64,000 nucleotides of DNA, taken from the NCBI GenBank assembly GCA_965649765.1, contig OZ287753.1, positions 11,594,001 through 11,658,000 on the forward strand, in the 5' to 3' direction. Source of the DNA: Bispira polyomma (lineage: Eukaryota). A program made the translations under genes and the position numbers. Under the pieces are notes generated by a model. It saw nothing but the letters and a program-made list of their open reading frames with translations. It made no database searches and was not told the origin of the DNA. Each line of letters begins with the position of its first letter. Within the stretch, counting starts at the first letter, position 1. Shown here piece after piece: positions 25,306-38,500 of the stretch.

Positions 25306-26807
25306 TGATATTTACAAATTAGAATAAAAAACATTTTGTCTTAAATGTAATATGATTATTTCTGGTTTCGATACCTTATTTGTTAACTTAGTTTCGAAAA
25401 TATCACCTTTTATTGTGCATTCGTCAAGATATTTCATCAAATTTATCCTTGTTGGACTGACACATACATAATTTGCAGTTATTTGCAATTCCAAGGATGT
25501 AAATACACTCACATATAGTGACAAACTACAGCTGCCTAAAACTGTTCACATTCTCTTGGTCACAACTAATCTGTTTTACCATGTTACTGATAAAAAAGAG
25601 CAGAAGAAGAAACCGGAGAATTTCAATTTCCTGGGAAAACTAATAAATGCTTATTTACAGACACAGGTACACATGCTATACATTAACCTGTAAACATAAA
25701 GGGGTGTTAGTCAAAGATGTAGTAGTACATGTACTATGAGATCCTAGTGTTAGTTCAGCTAAACACGGACATCCTAGAATAATCCTGATTGTCACATAAA
25801 CCATTTACAAATGCTCTACATCCGTGAGGGGAATCAGTATTCTGTATTCACAGTTTTATACTAAGCGCATATATCTACCTCGATCTGGTATTCAGAGCGT
25901 TAATTAACCCTTTTCTAAGTGTAACAGTCAAGTGCATCAGTTACTTTCATTCGCCTAACTAAAGATAGAGAGGCTCGAGCATAACCATTTGTCAACATCC
26001 TCAAGGATCTTTAGCCTGACACTGGGGGATAGAACCCAATGATAGATGACTGCCATTTTAAGTGGTCATCCAAGCCATCACATCTTACCCGAGGATGTTA
26101 TCCCACCAAATAAAACTAGCAGCCGGTACCAGGAGTGGAACCTGGGACCTTCTGGTCAAACGACCAGCTCCCTAACTACTAGGTCACGAGGGACCACATA
26201 TTGAGATACGATTTACTAAATATTATAATGTTGATCAGTCATATGGCGTTACTAGTCGATTGACATGCCAAAACTGGTTTATCCTTTTGAATATTGACTT
26301 AGATAGCAGAGCTGCTGGAGGCAACTACTGACATTAGCAGCCCTAGAATATTAGTTGTTCTTGTCATTAAAACATATGTTTATTTTTACCAAGTGTGTTT
26401 ATTTGTTTTTATTTGTTTTTTTTTCAAAGTTAAAGTCTCTACAAAATAAACTGATAATAATGGTAACACCATAACTTTATCAGGCCCTTACAAAAATTCA
26501 ACATGCCTCCATCCTTGGTACTGATTCATGCGTTATACAAACATATAAAGCCCTCCAAAATCATGTTATTGTGTGCTACTATTTATCAGTTCCAGGATGT
26601 TACCTACCAAATTAGAATGTTAATATTGGGGTCCCTAGCTTTATAGTATTGGGATGACGTCAGTTACTGGTACTAGATGGATGCACGTGTGCATTCAAGA
26701 CAAAGGGTAAATAGCCCTCTAAATACCAAAACAAAGGTTAAAAATTACCTGTAATACAAATTGTATCACAAATTGTAACACAAATTTACTTAGCAGAGAT
26801 GAATAAT

Positions 26808-27035
26808 CACCCCTCGGTGGCCTAGTGGTTCGAAATGCCTGCTTTACAATCACTGGCCTCTCACCAAAAGGTATTTTCAAATTTTGTTCGTTCCTTCATG
26901 TACGTAAGTTTGTCAGGTACTTGTCGTAGGTCGGCGGTTTACAGTGGCTTCAGCACCGGTTTCTTCCAGCATTAGATCTGGCCATCGTGATATGACCTAA
27001 GCTGTTGGAAGCGACATCAAAACCCAATTAAATTC
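26808..27035 (+). mobile_element. SINE family A, full length
   Basis: cggtggcctagtggtt...caatcactggcctctcacca...aagtttgtcaggtacttg.cgtaggtcggcggtttacagtggcttcagcac...gatatgacctaagctgtt. Confidence 0.8.
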
Positions 27036-28049
27036 CTAGGTCTGATGATACCCATTTTGACTGGTCTGATGAATACTCGATTAGTGTTTTGGTTTATCTG
27101 TCCCTTAAAATTGTCTTGTGTCATATTTTGGCAGTTCATTGCCTGAGTGAAATCAGGTTAGTTTGGAGTCTGCTCTGCAAACCACTGGTGTTTACGTTCT
27201 CACTGTCAACTTGCCCAGATAAAAGCCAGGATTCATTGGTGTCCAAGATTTGAACCCACAATAACAGAGGTGGGGTGAGTGGCTTTACCACTACACCATT
27301 AAGGATCCTAGATATACTCCTCATTAGGAACTCAAAAAAAATCTTTCATTGACTATCAGGGTATCATATTAAATTCTATCAAAAGAACAAGCAACGGTTT
27401 CTTTAGATAAAATTACTGTTATAACATAATTTATGGGTCCCTATGATTTTCAAATAGATCTTAATCACTGGCTTTTGAAAATTTGTAAAAGCATTCCCTA
27501 AAAAGGTATATCACCCTCATAAATCTTGTCATTTTGTTACTGTTATGATCTATTCTTTCCATAGCATTTGTGTTATTAATTATCTATTGTGGTCATTTTT
27601 AAACACAATAAACCACCCACAGTATTGATCAATAGTATTGAAATTTCTTTTACAAATTAATAACACAGAGACTTTCAGATTAAGCTTGAGTTCTCTCAAG
27701 TTCCTATTAATACAGACATTAAATAATGTGGTGAATATTTTTTAGATTAGGGCCAAATCAGACCGATGCAAGATTCTTTAAGCAAAAAAGTCGGAAGCCT
27801 TTATTTAAAGTCAAACACAAAACAGGCGTTTTATTGTTTAACATTTACGTTACGTATTGATAATGTTTCAATTCTAAAGCGCCACAATTGATGCACCATG
27901 CATCTCTGAGGTGCACATCCAGTCAATTTGAAAAATAATAGTCCAAAAGGAGAAAAGGTTCGTGATCAGAGTTCAGTCGTAACCAGCAGACGAATGGTAA
28001 AACAGAAAAGCAAATTGATACAGATGTGTTTTTTTTTGTTTTTTTTTAT

Positions 28050-28520
28050 AGTAGCCTGTAATCCTGTAACTTTGAATGATTTTGAACCAGCCAGTGTCTT
28101 TAGGTAAAAAGATGCAGAGATTGCTAAGAGACATCATAGATAATAAGTAGGCTGGCTTGCTGCATATGGACAGTCTTAAAAATTAAGGACATTTACTTGA
28201 ATTTGATACGGAACTCAATAGGTAGCCAGTGCAATTATTGAGGCAGAGGTGTTGTGTGGGAGCGCGGACCAGCATGGCATACAATTCTAGTAATCACGTT
28301 GACTTGCCACCAGGGCATTTGCAACTACAACAGCTTTTCCAGAGTTTGGTGTTGACAAAAATTCTCTCGAATGGTGCAGTAGCAGGATCGATAGATGTTT
28401 GAAACATGTTTTTTGAGAGAGAAATGAGAGCCAAAAGTGACTTCCAGGATTTTGGCACTGTTGGCAGCAAGAGTGTTGTTACCAAGGAGAGTTGCTAAAA
28501 GGAACTTTCAAAAGGTTTTC
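28050..28520 (-). mobile_element. Degenerate L2/CR1-type LINE fragment
   Basis: Minus-strand frames give remnants such as LHWLPIEFRIKFK (about 28195-28235), typical of L2 ORF2 C-termini. Confidence 0.6.
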
Positions 28521-29640
28521 CCTCCGCTTTTTGGTACCCGTAAGTAGAATTTTGTTTTGTCAGGGTTCAATGTCAATTTGGAATGATTTATCCAAGATGA
28601 AGGGTGTATTTTTTCAATTGTTAGCAATCCTGTATGTGTATGTCCATAAGCGTCCATGTGTAAACATTTACACCACACTTGTTGTTTATGGTGTGAGTTG
28701 AGCTTTAAGCAGTTTGTAGAGTTTGTTAGCCCTGTACTGTTCAATAATGCATGAATTCTCGCACTCCGGTCCATCCCTACTGAATTGGCTCTCTTCTGTG
28801 TGGGTAATTGGAGTAATTTATTGTTTTCACTGATCTTACGACCAGGGGTTTGGTAACCAGTCTCTCCTTTAAGTCTCAAAAGAGTGAAATTTGCTTCTTG
28901 TCTTTACTATATAGGGGTTTTAAATAAAAAGTAAGTAACAGCCCTGAGCCGTTAAATTGATACTAAACACAGAAAAAAGTTTGAAAACATTTTTTTGTTT
29001 TAAACACAGTTGTTAAAATTTATCAGAAAACTAAATCCAGATTGAGATTAGCTTAGGTTACGCCAGAGAATTAATCAGTACCCAATCTCAGTTGAACATT
29101 CTCCTTTAAATGTCTCACTGACACTCAAATCTTAAATATGCACAGTCTATGCATTTATGTATCTGCTACACAAACCCTTTAGTATTTATATGGTAACTAA
29201 TATAGAATATACTATAAGTATTGATATATTCGCTGGGGTTTTCCAGAGGTTAAATTCAGTTATTTAAGCCATAGTTTAGACCCCGTTTATTGCAGTATTT
29301 AAAAATATGTGACTTTAAGGCTGAGCCCTAACTTAAGGAGTTGGTTGCTGACTGTGTGGGGCAGCCTCACAGATTTGCACTTCATTACTGCTCATTTTGA
29401 TTTCGGCTATTGCCTAATGATTGTCTAATAGCTGTCGGGTGATTAGTACTAGTGCACACTAATGGTTTAAAGGGAGGGCTGCCTTATTTGGTCTTACAAT
29501 AACAACCTTTAAGGAAGAATTGGGGGGGGGGGAGGGGGGGGGGGTTATTAATGATCTATAGATAGGTTGTAAGAGGGCTAATTAAATACAGTACAAGTGG
29601 AAAGTTTAGCTGGAACAAAATGTCACTAATTTTACAATTT

Positions 29641-29850
29641 TTTATCAGGCTCAGCCTGAAATTGTTTTCATTCTGAAAAGTGCTCCGTCATTTTTGAAAA
29701 GGGATGGAAGCAATCGACCCGTGAGTGAAGCTGTGTCAGATTAAAATTTTGAAGAGGTACAAAGTGAGCCTGAGTATATAGTGGCAATATCAATGGCAGT
29801 GTATTTCATACTGTCCGCATGTGTCCTTTTTAAAAGACAACTCTTGTTTT
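29641..29850 (-). mobile_element. HINE-like element, inverted copy downstream of VAChT
   Basis: Reverse complement reads aaaacaagagttgtctttt...tgccactatatactcaggc...cagaatgaaaacaatttcaggctgagcctgataaa. Confidence 0.7.
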
Positions 29851-30298
29851 GTAAGTTTAGTAGAATTTTTTTAGCCAATATTGGCTATTTTTTTTTTCAC
29901 TTACCCAACTTATTCGCTGAAAAAGTTAAAATTAATTGTTAGTGAAAAATTTCACTGACACAGTATATTTTGTTTATCTTATAATTGTCGTTTTATCTAT
30001 CATGGTTTATTTTCATTTAATTTGCGTCTTAAAAGATTAAAAGATAGCAAAAAAAAGTCATGATAATAATAACTATTTCCTAAATAAAATACATTTTTTT
30101 AATTATTAATGTAAGAAATGACAATATTACACATGGAAGGTCTATGGGGATTCAAATGAAGTAATTGCGCTTGCTACAACAATAAGATTTCCAGCTGTTG
30201 TGACTCAGATATCGTGTCCATGTGTATTATGCATTGCAAAGATTAGGTAAGGCAATATGGACTGAAAAACCCGAAACACTGAATTGACAGTATAACAG

Positions 30299-30304
30299 TT
30301 TATT
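30299..30304 (-). terminator. Candidate distal polyadenylation signal for VAChT
   Basis: AATAAA on the minus strand followed about 20 nt later by GT/T-rich ttcagtgtttcgggttttt; implies a 3' UTR of about 2.1 kb. Other AATAAA hexamers lie closer to the stop codon. Confidence 0.4.
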
Positions 30305-30494
30305 TTAACATCACATATACAGCATGTCTTAACACTGATCTTATATAAAGATTTTTTGGAACTTACATACCTAGCTTTATCAGTGAAAACTAAAATATGT
30401 TAAAGCATTATTTACAAACTAAATTCTACATTACACACATGACAAGAAATGAAACCAAAGCCAAATACCAATGAATTAGTAAAACTATGTGTCA

Positions 30495-30680
30495 TTTGAA
30501 TTTTAGGTGGGCTTTTAATATCGTTGTCAACAGATTAGGTCATATTACTATAGCCAGAGTTAATGGTGGAAGAAAACCAACAGCTTAAAGCAAATATACC
30601 TGATAAACTTTCCCTCATGAAGGAATGAAACCCACATTAGTGAGAGGTCAGTGATTGTGAAGCAGGTGTTTCTACTGTCC
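30495..30680 (-). mobile_element. SINE family A copy (within putative VAChT 3' UTR)
   Basis: ttaggtcatat...tggtggaagaaaacca...tacctgataaactttccc...gtgagaggtcagtgattgtgaagc. Confidence 0.7.
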
Positions 30681-32166
30681 TACTGTCTCATTTTCTATGG
30701 GTAAACAAAGCGGTTAGACAATACAACTGATATTATAACAGTAGAAAGTTGGATATCTTGTTGACTTCCTGTAGTTCTTGAAAGTTAGGTAATTTACTGC
30801 CACTGACCAAGTTGAATCAGTTCACATATCCTAGTACTAAATACATGTACATTGTATACTAAGTGTGCATCATTGACGTCATCCAGTCAAATGTTAGAGG
30901 TCAATGTCATAACTCCTACTTATGCTAGATTCGCATTGCTTGCACATGTTCTGAATAATTCTGACATTGTACTATTTTGTGTTCTACTTATAAATCATAT
31001 AAGAATTAGAAATACTGGTCTTATTGATAATAATCCATATTACAACAGTATAAACAATAACATGTTTGATTCAAAAAGGAGAACAAAATTATTTCTAAAA
31101 CAGACAGCATTTCAAAATGAATTACTTTTTTTCAGAGAGTTCACATGCTCAAATTACAGATTTAGCTGCTGGATGTGACCAAATTCAAAATGGGAAAGCA
31201 ACAATATATGAGTGTTCAATAAATTATACAGCATTTGGAGAAAATCCATCACATATTTATATAAATAAAACAAAATATGTATAAACAGTGCACGACAGTT
31301 TTAAGCATATTGCTAATCTTACTGAAAGCAGATTGATGGGCTTCCATATCCCTATTTGCCTACAGAGTAAAAACTAGCATCAAAATGTCCCAACCCCACA
31401 GTCATTAAATAAAATCTGACTATAACCATAACACATCTACACTCCCTAATAAATACTTATACCAAATATAAACCCTTAATTAGCTTCATAGTTTTTGAGA
31501 ACTAGCCCAAAAAATCTTTGGCAGCCACTGCCTGCCAGATAACAATACCCTATATAGAGGCTATGGACAACATACCCATCGTGATGTTTCTTGTAAATTC
31601 AAATTTCCCTAAGGTTTTTGATGTAATTACTCAGGAAATTTTTCTATTTCATTATACTTTTATTATAATAAAACCAGTGAAGAACATTGCCTCTTGATTT
31701 CAATAGGTTAAAGTGTGATGAGCGTTTTAGGGTATACTTACTTTGGAGCAGGATATTTTAAGGGGAGGGTATTGTGATGAGCAATAGTCAGTCTTGGTAT
31801 TGCTGTAATGAATATAGATATTTAAATGCTCATAAGTTACTTTACATAGATCTTTTTTATTGGTAGCTTCTCTACATCAAAATCTAGTTCACAAGTGATC
31901 AAACCCGGGGTCAAAACAAATAAAAAATCTAAATAAGGGGTCAAGGTTTGTATGTTTTAAAAGGACCTCAAATCAAACTTAAGCTTTACTGATTCGAAAT
32001 TGTTAAGAAGACTGTATTTAACAAAAATAATAGCACATAAAATCATTTGGCATTGCTTGGCCACAAATTTAAACAGATCGTAATATGCATTTGATATATA
32101 ACATCATGATAGACATGATTTTTAAATGATTATATAGATACCTATTTGAGCCATTCATTCATAGTG

Positions 32167-32200
<34 letters not shown>

Positions 32201-32392
32201 AGGGGGTGGATGTATATAATCACTATTATTTTGTCTTACATATTTAAGCACTAGGTATTTATTATATATACACACACAAGTATGAAAAAACACTCTCATA
32301 TTTAGCACAATTTGCTAAGATATAATCAATAATTTATGCTAATTTATGCTAATTACTCTTTATTCAATATTCAATATATATATTACAACCAA

Positions 32393-34063
32393 CTAGTGGT
32401 ATGCCTTAAAGTCAGAGTCAGAGTCTTGGTCAGTTGATTGCCTTTTGTAAGAGATGCGCGTTGGTTCCGTTTCACTGGCATACAGAGGGTGAGTGGCTTC
32501 CTTGTGAATGTGCCCGTTCTCCATTCCCGGCTTGTCACCATTCATGTGGTTCATGGCGTAAGTTTTATACTTGAAGTCGGGATCGTTGCCCTCCACTAGT
32601 GTGCTCTCTTCGTTCTCAAAAGGTTTGTACTTGTAGACGTTCCTTAGCAGAGCCATGATGGGGGCGTACAACATGTTGGTGACAAAGATGCCAACGTTGA
32701 GCCAGAGAAATCCTATGGACACCACAACGCTTCCCGCGAGGACCGGGCCGAAGGCGTAGGCCAGGCAGTAGGAGATGTCCGCTATTGCATAGACGCTTCC
32801 ATAGACAGAAGTGTGCCTCACATCTACCAGGTAGCCCAGGGTGGGCAGGACAGCAGTATCTACCAAGGCTATACCGAAGCAATCGATCATCAGTGGCACA
32901 ATGACGGCGCCATACGTTTTACAGAATGGGACGATGAGGCAGCTGAGGCCCTCCAAACCTAAGCCAACAGCAGTGAAGAGCCACTGCTTGGTGGGGTACA
33001 TCTTGCAAAGTTTCACAGTTACATACACCCCCAGCACATGCGGGAAGAAGGCGGGCAGCCAGACAACTCCAATCTCCCATTCAGTGGCGTTCATCGTTTC
33101 CTTCATCCAAATCGCAATGGTCGGCTCTAAGAAGGCTAGCGATAAGTTGGCCATCACTAGAGCACCAGCACAGATGGCAATGTATGGATCTAGGATTAGC
33201 CGGTAGATAGGGGTACCCTTAGGAGCCTCTCCGGCGGCCTTCATCATGTTCCTCTCTTTTCGTACCGGATTCATCACCATCAAGAGCATCACACCGTCCA
33301 ACAATGCAATAAAAGCCAGGACCAAAAACGGGAGGGATTTTCCAGCCACTTCATACATCAAGCCACCAAATGGAGGGGCAAAGAGACTTCCGAAGGATAT
33401 AAAGGCCAATGCAATGGCCATGGCTTTCTGCCTTCCATTTTCTTCCGAATATCTGTCGGCTATCATGGCAAGTCCAGCTGTGTCTGCGAAGGCCGATCCA
33501 AGGCCTTGCAGACTGCGCGCTGCAAAGAGTACAGCATAACTTTGGCCAAAGGCGAAGATGGCAGTAGAGAAAAAGAGGATTGATAAACCTATCACCATGG
33601 GGATCTCATAGCCCACTTTGTCTATCACTGATCCAGAGATCGGGTTCACGAGGAGTTGGACTATGGCTTTGGATGCAAACAACATACCTACACTGGCATC
33701 CTCATTCCGGTTACCATGGTAAACCACCAGAGGAAACAGATGGTTCAGGTGTTTCTTCAGAGTTTCATTGGACTGGGAGAGGTGGTACAACTCCCCAAAG
33801 GTATAGTTGGTGGTCAAGTTTCCTCCCCAGTCAATTTCCACATGATGGTCATCCGGTGGAGGGGCCGAACCCCATTGGTTGATGTCTCGCAAGTACACAG
33901 GTATAATCGGCACGATGACCATGTAAAGCATGTTGTCGAGGAGTAAAGCTATGCTTACGATCACCAACACAAGGCGGCGCTGCGTGTCGGGATTGGTGAT
34001 TTTCTCGTGCCACTTCTCCCTTAACTGTTGCATATCCATGTTTAAAAATGGTATCACCGGCAT
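32393..34063 (-). CDS. SLC18A3: Vesicular acetylcholine transporter (VAChT, unc-17 orthologue), 556 aa, intronless ORF
   Basis: MFS/SLC18 protein with about 12 hydrophobic segments and VAChT-type motifs ALLLDNMLYMVIVPIIP, AFLEPT, WLPAFFPH, ALVDTAVLPTL and YGSVYAIADISY. In-frame TAG 15 nt upstream of the ATG. Confidence 0.97.
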   Translation of the reverse strand: MPVIPFLNMDMQQLREKWHEKITNPDTQRRLVLVIVSIALLLDNMLYMVIVPIIPVYLRDINQWGSAPPPDDHHVEIDWGGNLTTNYTFGELYHLSQSNETLKKHLNHLFPLVVYHGNRNEDASVGMLFASKAIVQLLVNPISGSVIDKVGYEIPMVIGLSILFFSTAIFAFGQSYAVLFAARSLQGLGSAFADTAGLAMIADRYSEENGRQKAMAIALAFISFGSLFAPPFGGLMYEVAGKSLPFLVLAFIALLDGVMLLMVMNPVRKERNMMKAAGEAPKGTPIYRLILDPYIAICAGALVMANLSLAFLEPTIAIWMKETMNATEWEIGVVWLPAFFPHVLGVYVTVKLCKMYPTKQWLFTAVGLGLEGLSCLIVPFCKTYGAVIVPLMIDCFGIALVDTAVLPTLGYLVDVRHTSVYGSVYAIADISYCLAYAFGPVLAGSVVVSIGFLWLNVGIFVTNMLYAPIMALLRNVYKYKPFENEESTLVEGNDPDFKYKTYAMNHMNGDKPGMENGHIHKEATHPLYASETEPTRISYKRQSTDQDSDSDFKAYH

Positions 34064-34859
34064 TGTGATACGATTCTATGGATAATCCCTGTACTGTTGG
34101 TTCTTTTCTTGTGGTTTGTCTATTGTTTTTGAGGGGTTGGATTGTTTTTTCTTTGTCGAATTTTATTTGTTTTTTTCTGTGTTTTGTACCTCTTTTTATC
34201 TCCTGGTCCTGGTCTCTTTTATAAGATCAAGTTACTGATCTCGTTTTTTCTGCACTCTTCAAGAGTCTTGAGGTGGTGGCAAGAGGGTTTATGGGTTTTT
34301 ATTTACTCCTGAGTGGGTGCTGGAGAGTGCAGACACACAAGATTAGAAAACTGTCAGCTGTATTTGGCAGAAATAGAAGCCATTTGAACAACAACTTCCA
34401 AACACTCGAATAGAATATCAGATATTGATCATCAGTTCAGTCTTGGGGGGATTGTTGGCATTTTCTCTCTTTGGTTATATATCTTTCTCTGACGTCACAC
34501 AAAAAGGGAAAGGCAGTGACTCTGTAATCAAACTGTTTGCTCACTTGCTAACAAGACACGGGGCTGTACTTCTTAAGATAATGCTACACACATACAAAAC
34601 ATGTAAGAAATCCACCAAGACACACTCCTGTGTCCTCTGTCTGCTTTCCCACAGAATCCAATATAATCCAGATATTGTTTTAGCCAGTGTCCCTAAAGAG
34701 AGAGTGCTGTGTGTGTATGTATGATGTTTGTGCTGGGGCTGCTGGACTGGTGATCCAAGATCTAGGAAAAGGATGATCTTCCCTTTAATAATTATTATAA
34801 CTGGTTGATGATGAGGAATTAAACACCCTCTTCAGTAGGTAGTGGTGTATATAATCCTT

Positions 34860-35560
34860 TGTTTATATGCTCCTCTCTCCACGTGGGCTTAGATCACTTT
34901 TTGGCGGGAAATCCTGTGAGATGTCGTCTGCGCAGCAGCACTCTTCATCCTTCAAAGAAAGGAGAAATAATCCATATTATATGTTATGTGTGTTTTGTTT
35001 TCTTTTGATAAGTTCAAATCTTTTTTTCTCTTGATAAGAATACATGGTTGTTTTAGGTCTTTTTAAGAAGGAGGGCGGGGCTTATAAACGTTTCTGCGCA
35101 GTGATAAAACAACACACAACACACACTCTCTCTTGGGAACTTATTTTTCTGGCTCTGGAATCCATAACGTTGTCCTTTTTTCATAAAAAAGTTCTTCCCT
35201 GTAAAACACAAAGATCACTGGTACTCTTGGTACCGTTAGAGTCTTTTCCCCTTTTTTCAATGGTAAGCTCTTTTTATACAGGATTTTGTTTTGTGTGGTT
35301 TTGTTCAATGTAACAAACAGCAAGTTGTTATGTGTGTTGGTTTATCAATGTGCAAAGAAACACCCAAAATACATCCAGCATATCATTATTGAAGGAACTT
35401 TTATTCTCTTGTGGGCTAAATTCCAGAATGCACTGGACAAGGGGCCGCCATTTTGAAAGTAATTCTGCCCTCCTATCATAGCATTAAGGATATAGCATTA
35501 CCTTTAAGGTTTAACAATATATGTATTCATACGCCAAATCCAATATGGCCGCTACCCTGA
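34860..35560 (-). promoter_or_regulatory. Candidate VAChT-proximal promoter / acceptor region
   Basis: CATATAAA (34869-34862), CACGTG (34880-34885), E2F-type TTTCCCGCCAAAA (34911-34899), GC box (35073-35081) and YY1-type GCCGCCATTTT (35444-35454). Candidate acceptor AGs at 35200, 34951 and 34763. Confidence 0.45.
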
Positions 35561-38500
35561 CCAGTATTAAAGTAAATTGATAGCAATAGAAAACGAACAC
35601 AAATTGCAAAATACAACATACTTTGTAACCATATAATAATCAAAGCGTACTCGAATACACATAATAATGCTGATTACTTTAGTCTTATGCCTGCAATATA
35701 GCCACTGTGTTAGGCATGAAATAGATAAAGACTTACTTATAGACAAATACAGAAAAAATAGTCTCGAATATTGCATGATTGTATCATTTCAATAAAACTA
35801 ATCCCTTCTAGTCAGTGTGTGGCATGCGACAATAATTCCAAAGCGGAAGAAATTTTTTCATGATGTTTAAAGTATTGCTTTCCAACAAAATGCTTACATA
35901 ATTGGTTCTTATTGGATGAAAGTAGCTATAATTACTAAAGAATTAACTAAAAGGCCTTAAGCGTTACAACATTAGTGTGCTTGGAACTTCACTTCAAGGA
36001 ACACATATTGCCTATATATCAAAGTAACATCAAATGTGTATAAGAAGTAAAATATAATTAACAGTTGAACTATACCTTAAAATACGAGGCAATATACGGT
36101 TATATAGAAGTAATAAAGGAATACAGGTTATAAAAAGCCAATGCAGTATTTAACGCAACCTAAAATTGAAAAACCCTACTGTTCTTAAGACGAAATAAAA
36201 AAAATAAAACTGAGCCCATAGCTTCTTAATGCATAGAGTGATTTGGCCATTCCCCAGCCAATTTGTTCATTAAGAGATGGTTTGTGATCCACATGCACAC
36301 TGAGGCAGAGTCACTAGATATCAGGCCTTAAGCATTGTTTCCATGCATACGTTAAAAAAACATCCGTCCACAAAAATCTGTACACGTCAAAAGTTTTGCT
36401 CATTGTATACATATATTTCTTTAGAGTGTTAACATATATGCCATTGTTATGTTATTCAAGTATTTTGTTTAAAGCCTTTAAGGCAGTCACTAAGTAGTGA
36501 AACAGCTTGTGTTCATTTTGTCACTGTATGATGGAAATGACCGTTGAAACTTCACCAATAAATATTTATTGCAAAGTACAAAATAATATTTTATTTGACA
36601 ATAACTTTTTAACTCTTATATTAATTTTATTATTTTACCTCTGATGGAAGATGATTTTTATCCTCTTCACTTTAAATTAAATCCTGGAAATCAAAATTCT
36701 TAAATTAACAATGACCTTCAAAATATATTTAACACCGCCATTGCTTATTATATTATGTTGAGTAACTTGTAAACATTGACTGCCAAATAGCACATTTTTA
36801 AGAATATGATTTCATACTACAAAAGGAAATTCTAATGTCAATGAAAATAATTCAGAGGCAACACTAAATCTTTTTAACAACTTAGGTTCTTTGTCTGACA
36901 ATCTTAGTGGGAGTATTTCGGGGATATTCTGGATTTTACCAGGTACCAGGCTCTGCTAGAATGTGAGACAACGTGACAAAAGAAACAGGAACCGGAAGTA
37001 CAGATATGGTGGGGGAACAATTAGTTTTGACCTTGGGAAGGTAAATTCAAAAGGAACGATGGTACTATTGGAATAAATTTTTCTTTAAATGATAATAATT
37101 ACCTAAAAATAATATCTAAATTTTTAATATTCTGTTTTTAGTGTTATAGTGTTTTTTAATGCCACCTAATAAAAAGATGGTTATTGAGTTTATTACAGAA
37201 ACAATTGCGTCCAACCAATCCACGAAGGCCTTACATATTTCAAACATGGCCTTGCCCTTTTCAAAGTGAAATCAATTTAGAATGTCAGAAAAATGAACAT
37301 ATAGTTCACAATTGAATAAATTCTACATGGTAATAGATAAATGTCAAACATACGTTTTGCTTATTTATTTATACAGTCTCAACTGAAAAACATTCATTTA
37401 CTGGTATCTGTATGCTAAAAATTTGTTTCTGTCAAATGTGACAAATGTTGTTTTGGAAACAGGCCTTGAAACAAATCCATAGTGGATATTGCTAATCTAT
37501 TGCCATGCATCTCTCCACTCTACCCCTAACCCCCCCCCCCCCCCCCCGCTCCCCACACACAGAGAGTCGCCATCAAACATGGTTACAGTTAAAGTGCTGT
37601 ACAGCTTCAGTTTTCAATGGAGAAGTAGGGTTTCGACCGGCAAGTGGGGTGTTTTTGTAGGAAGTGCTGCTATTTATTTTGATTATATTGTGAGATTATC
37701 GTAATTGAGTGAGATATTGGATCTGAGTACTGGCTTCTTGAGTTACATAGCTAGTTTTGGTAACTGTCTCACACACCCACACACACTAACACAATTGGAG
37801 CTATACCTCTCAACAATATTTTGTGTGCCTTTAAATGAGAATTGGCATATTATTTTTACTAGTATTTATGTTATCAATGACAATTTTTGTATGATGGATA
37901 AGCAGAAAGAGATCATAATTTACCAAAATAATTCCTATCACTGAATCATCAATATGTATTTCTTATGTTATACAGATCCTCGAGAACCTTGTACCTCCGC
38001 CAATATCCTTGAAGTAGGTAAATTTTGAATACGGACATGCAATGATTTATCATGAATTTGTCCATCCCAAAAGCTTACGGCCTTGGCTGTTTTTTTGACT
38101 TCTCGATTGGTTAATCAATTCTGTTATTGTGCTTTAGAAGAAAATTTCGCATCAATAACGCACGTTAAAAATGCAAAATACAATACCCTAATACCACCGC
38201 TATCTGTTTAAAATATGCCTTCAACTGTGTCCAATTATCGCCATACCATTTGGTGACCTTAACTAAAATCTTATTTAACAGCAGCACTAACTTAAAACCA
38301 CGCTCATACATAATTGGGACCATTTTTAGGATGGATGGTAGCAGATTATAAAGCGGATGACAAACCACCTATATCTACATAGCATCTTATGTATTATTGC
38401 ATCGAATGTGTGACTAGGCCATAATTAGTAAATTCATCAAGCATATACCACTGCTGATTATATAGTTTGATTACAAACAGATTACTGATTTGTTTATATA

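Noticed and set aside
32616-33946. Overlapping antisense and alternate-frame ORFs within VAChT
   Set aside because: Expected shadows of a GC-richer coding sequence; no recognisable protein motifs.
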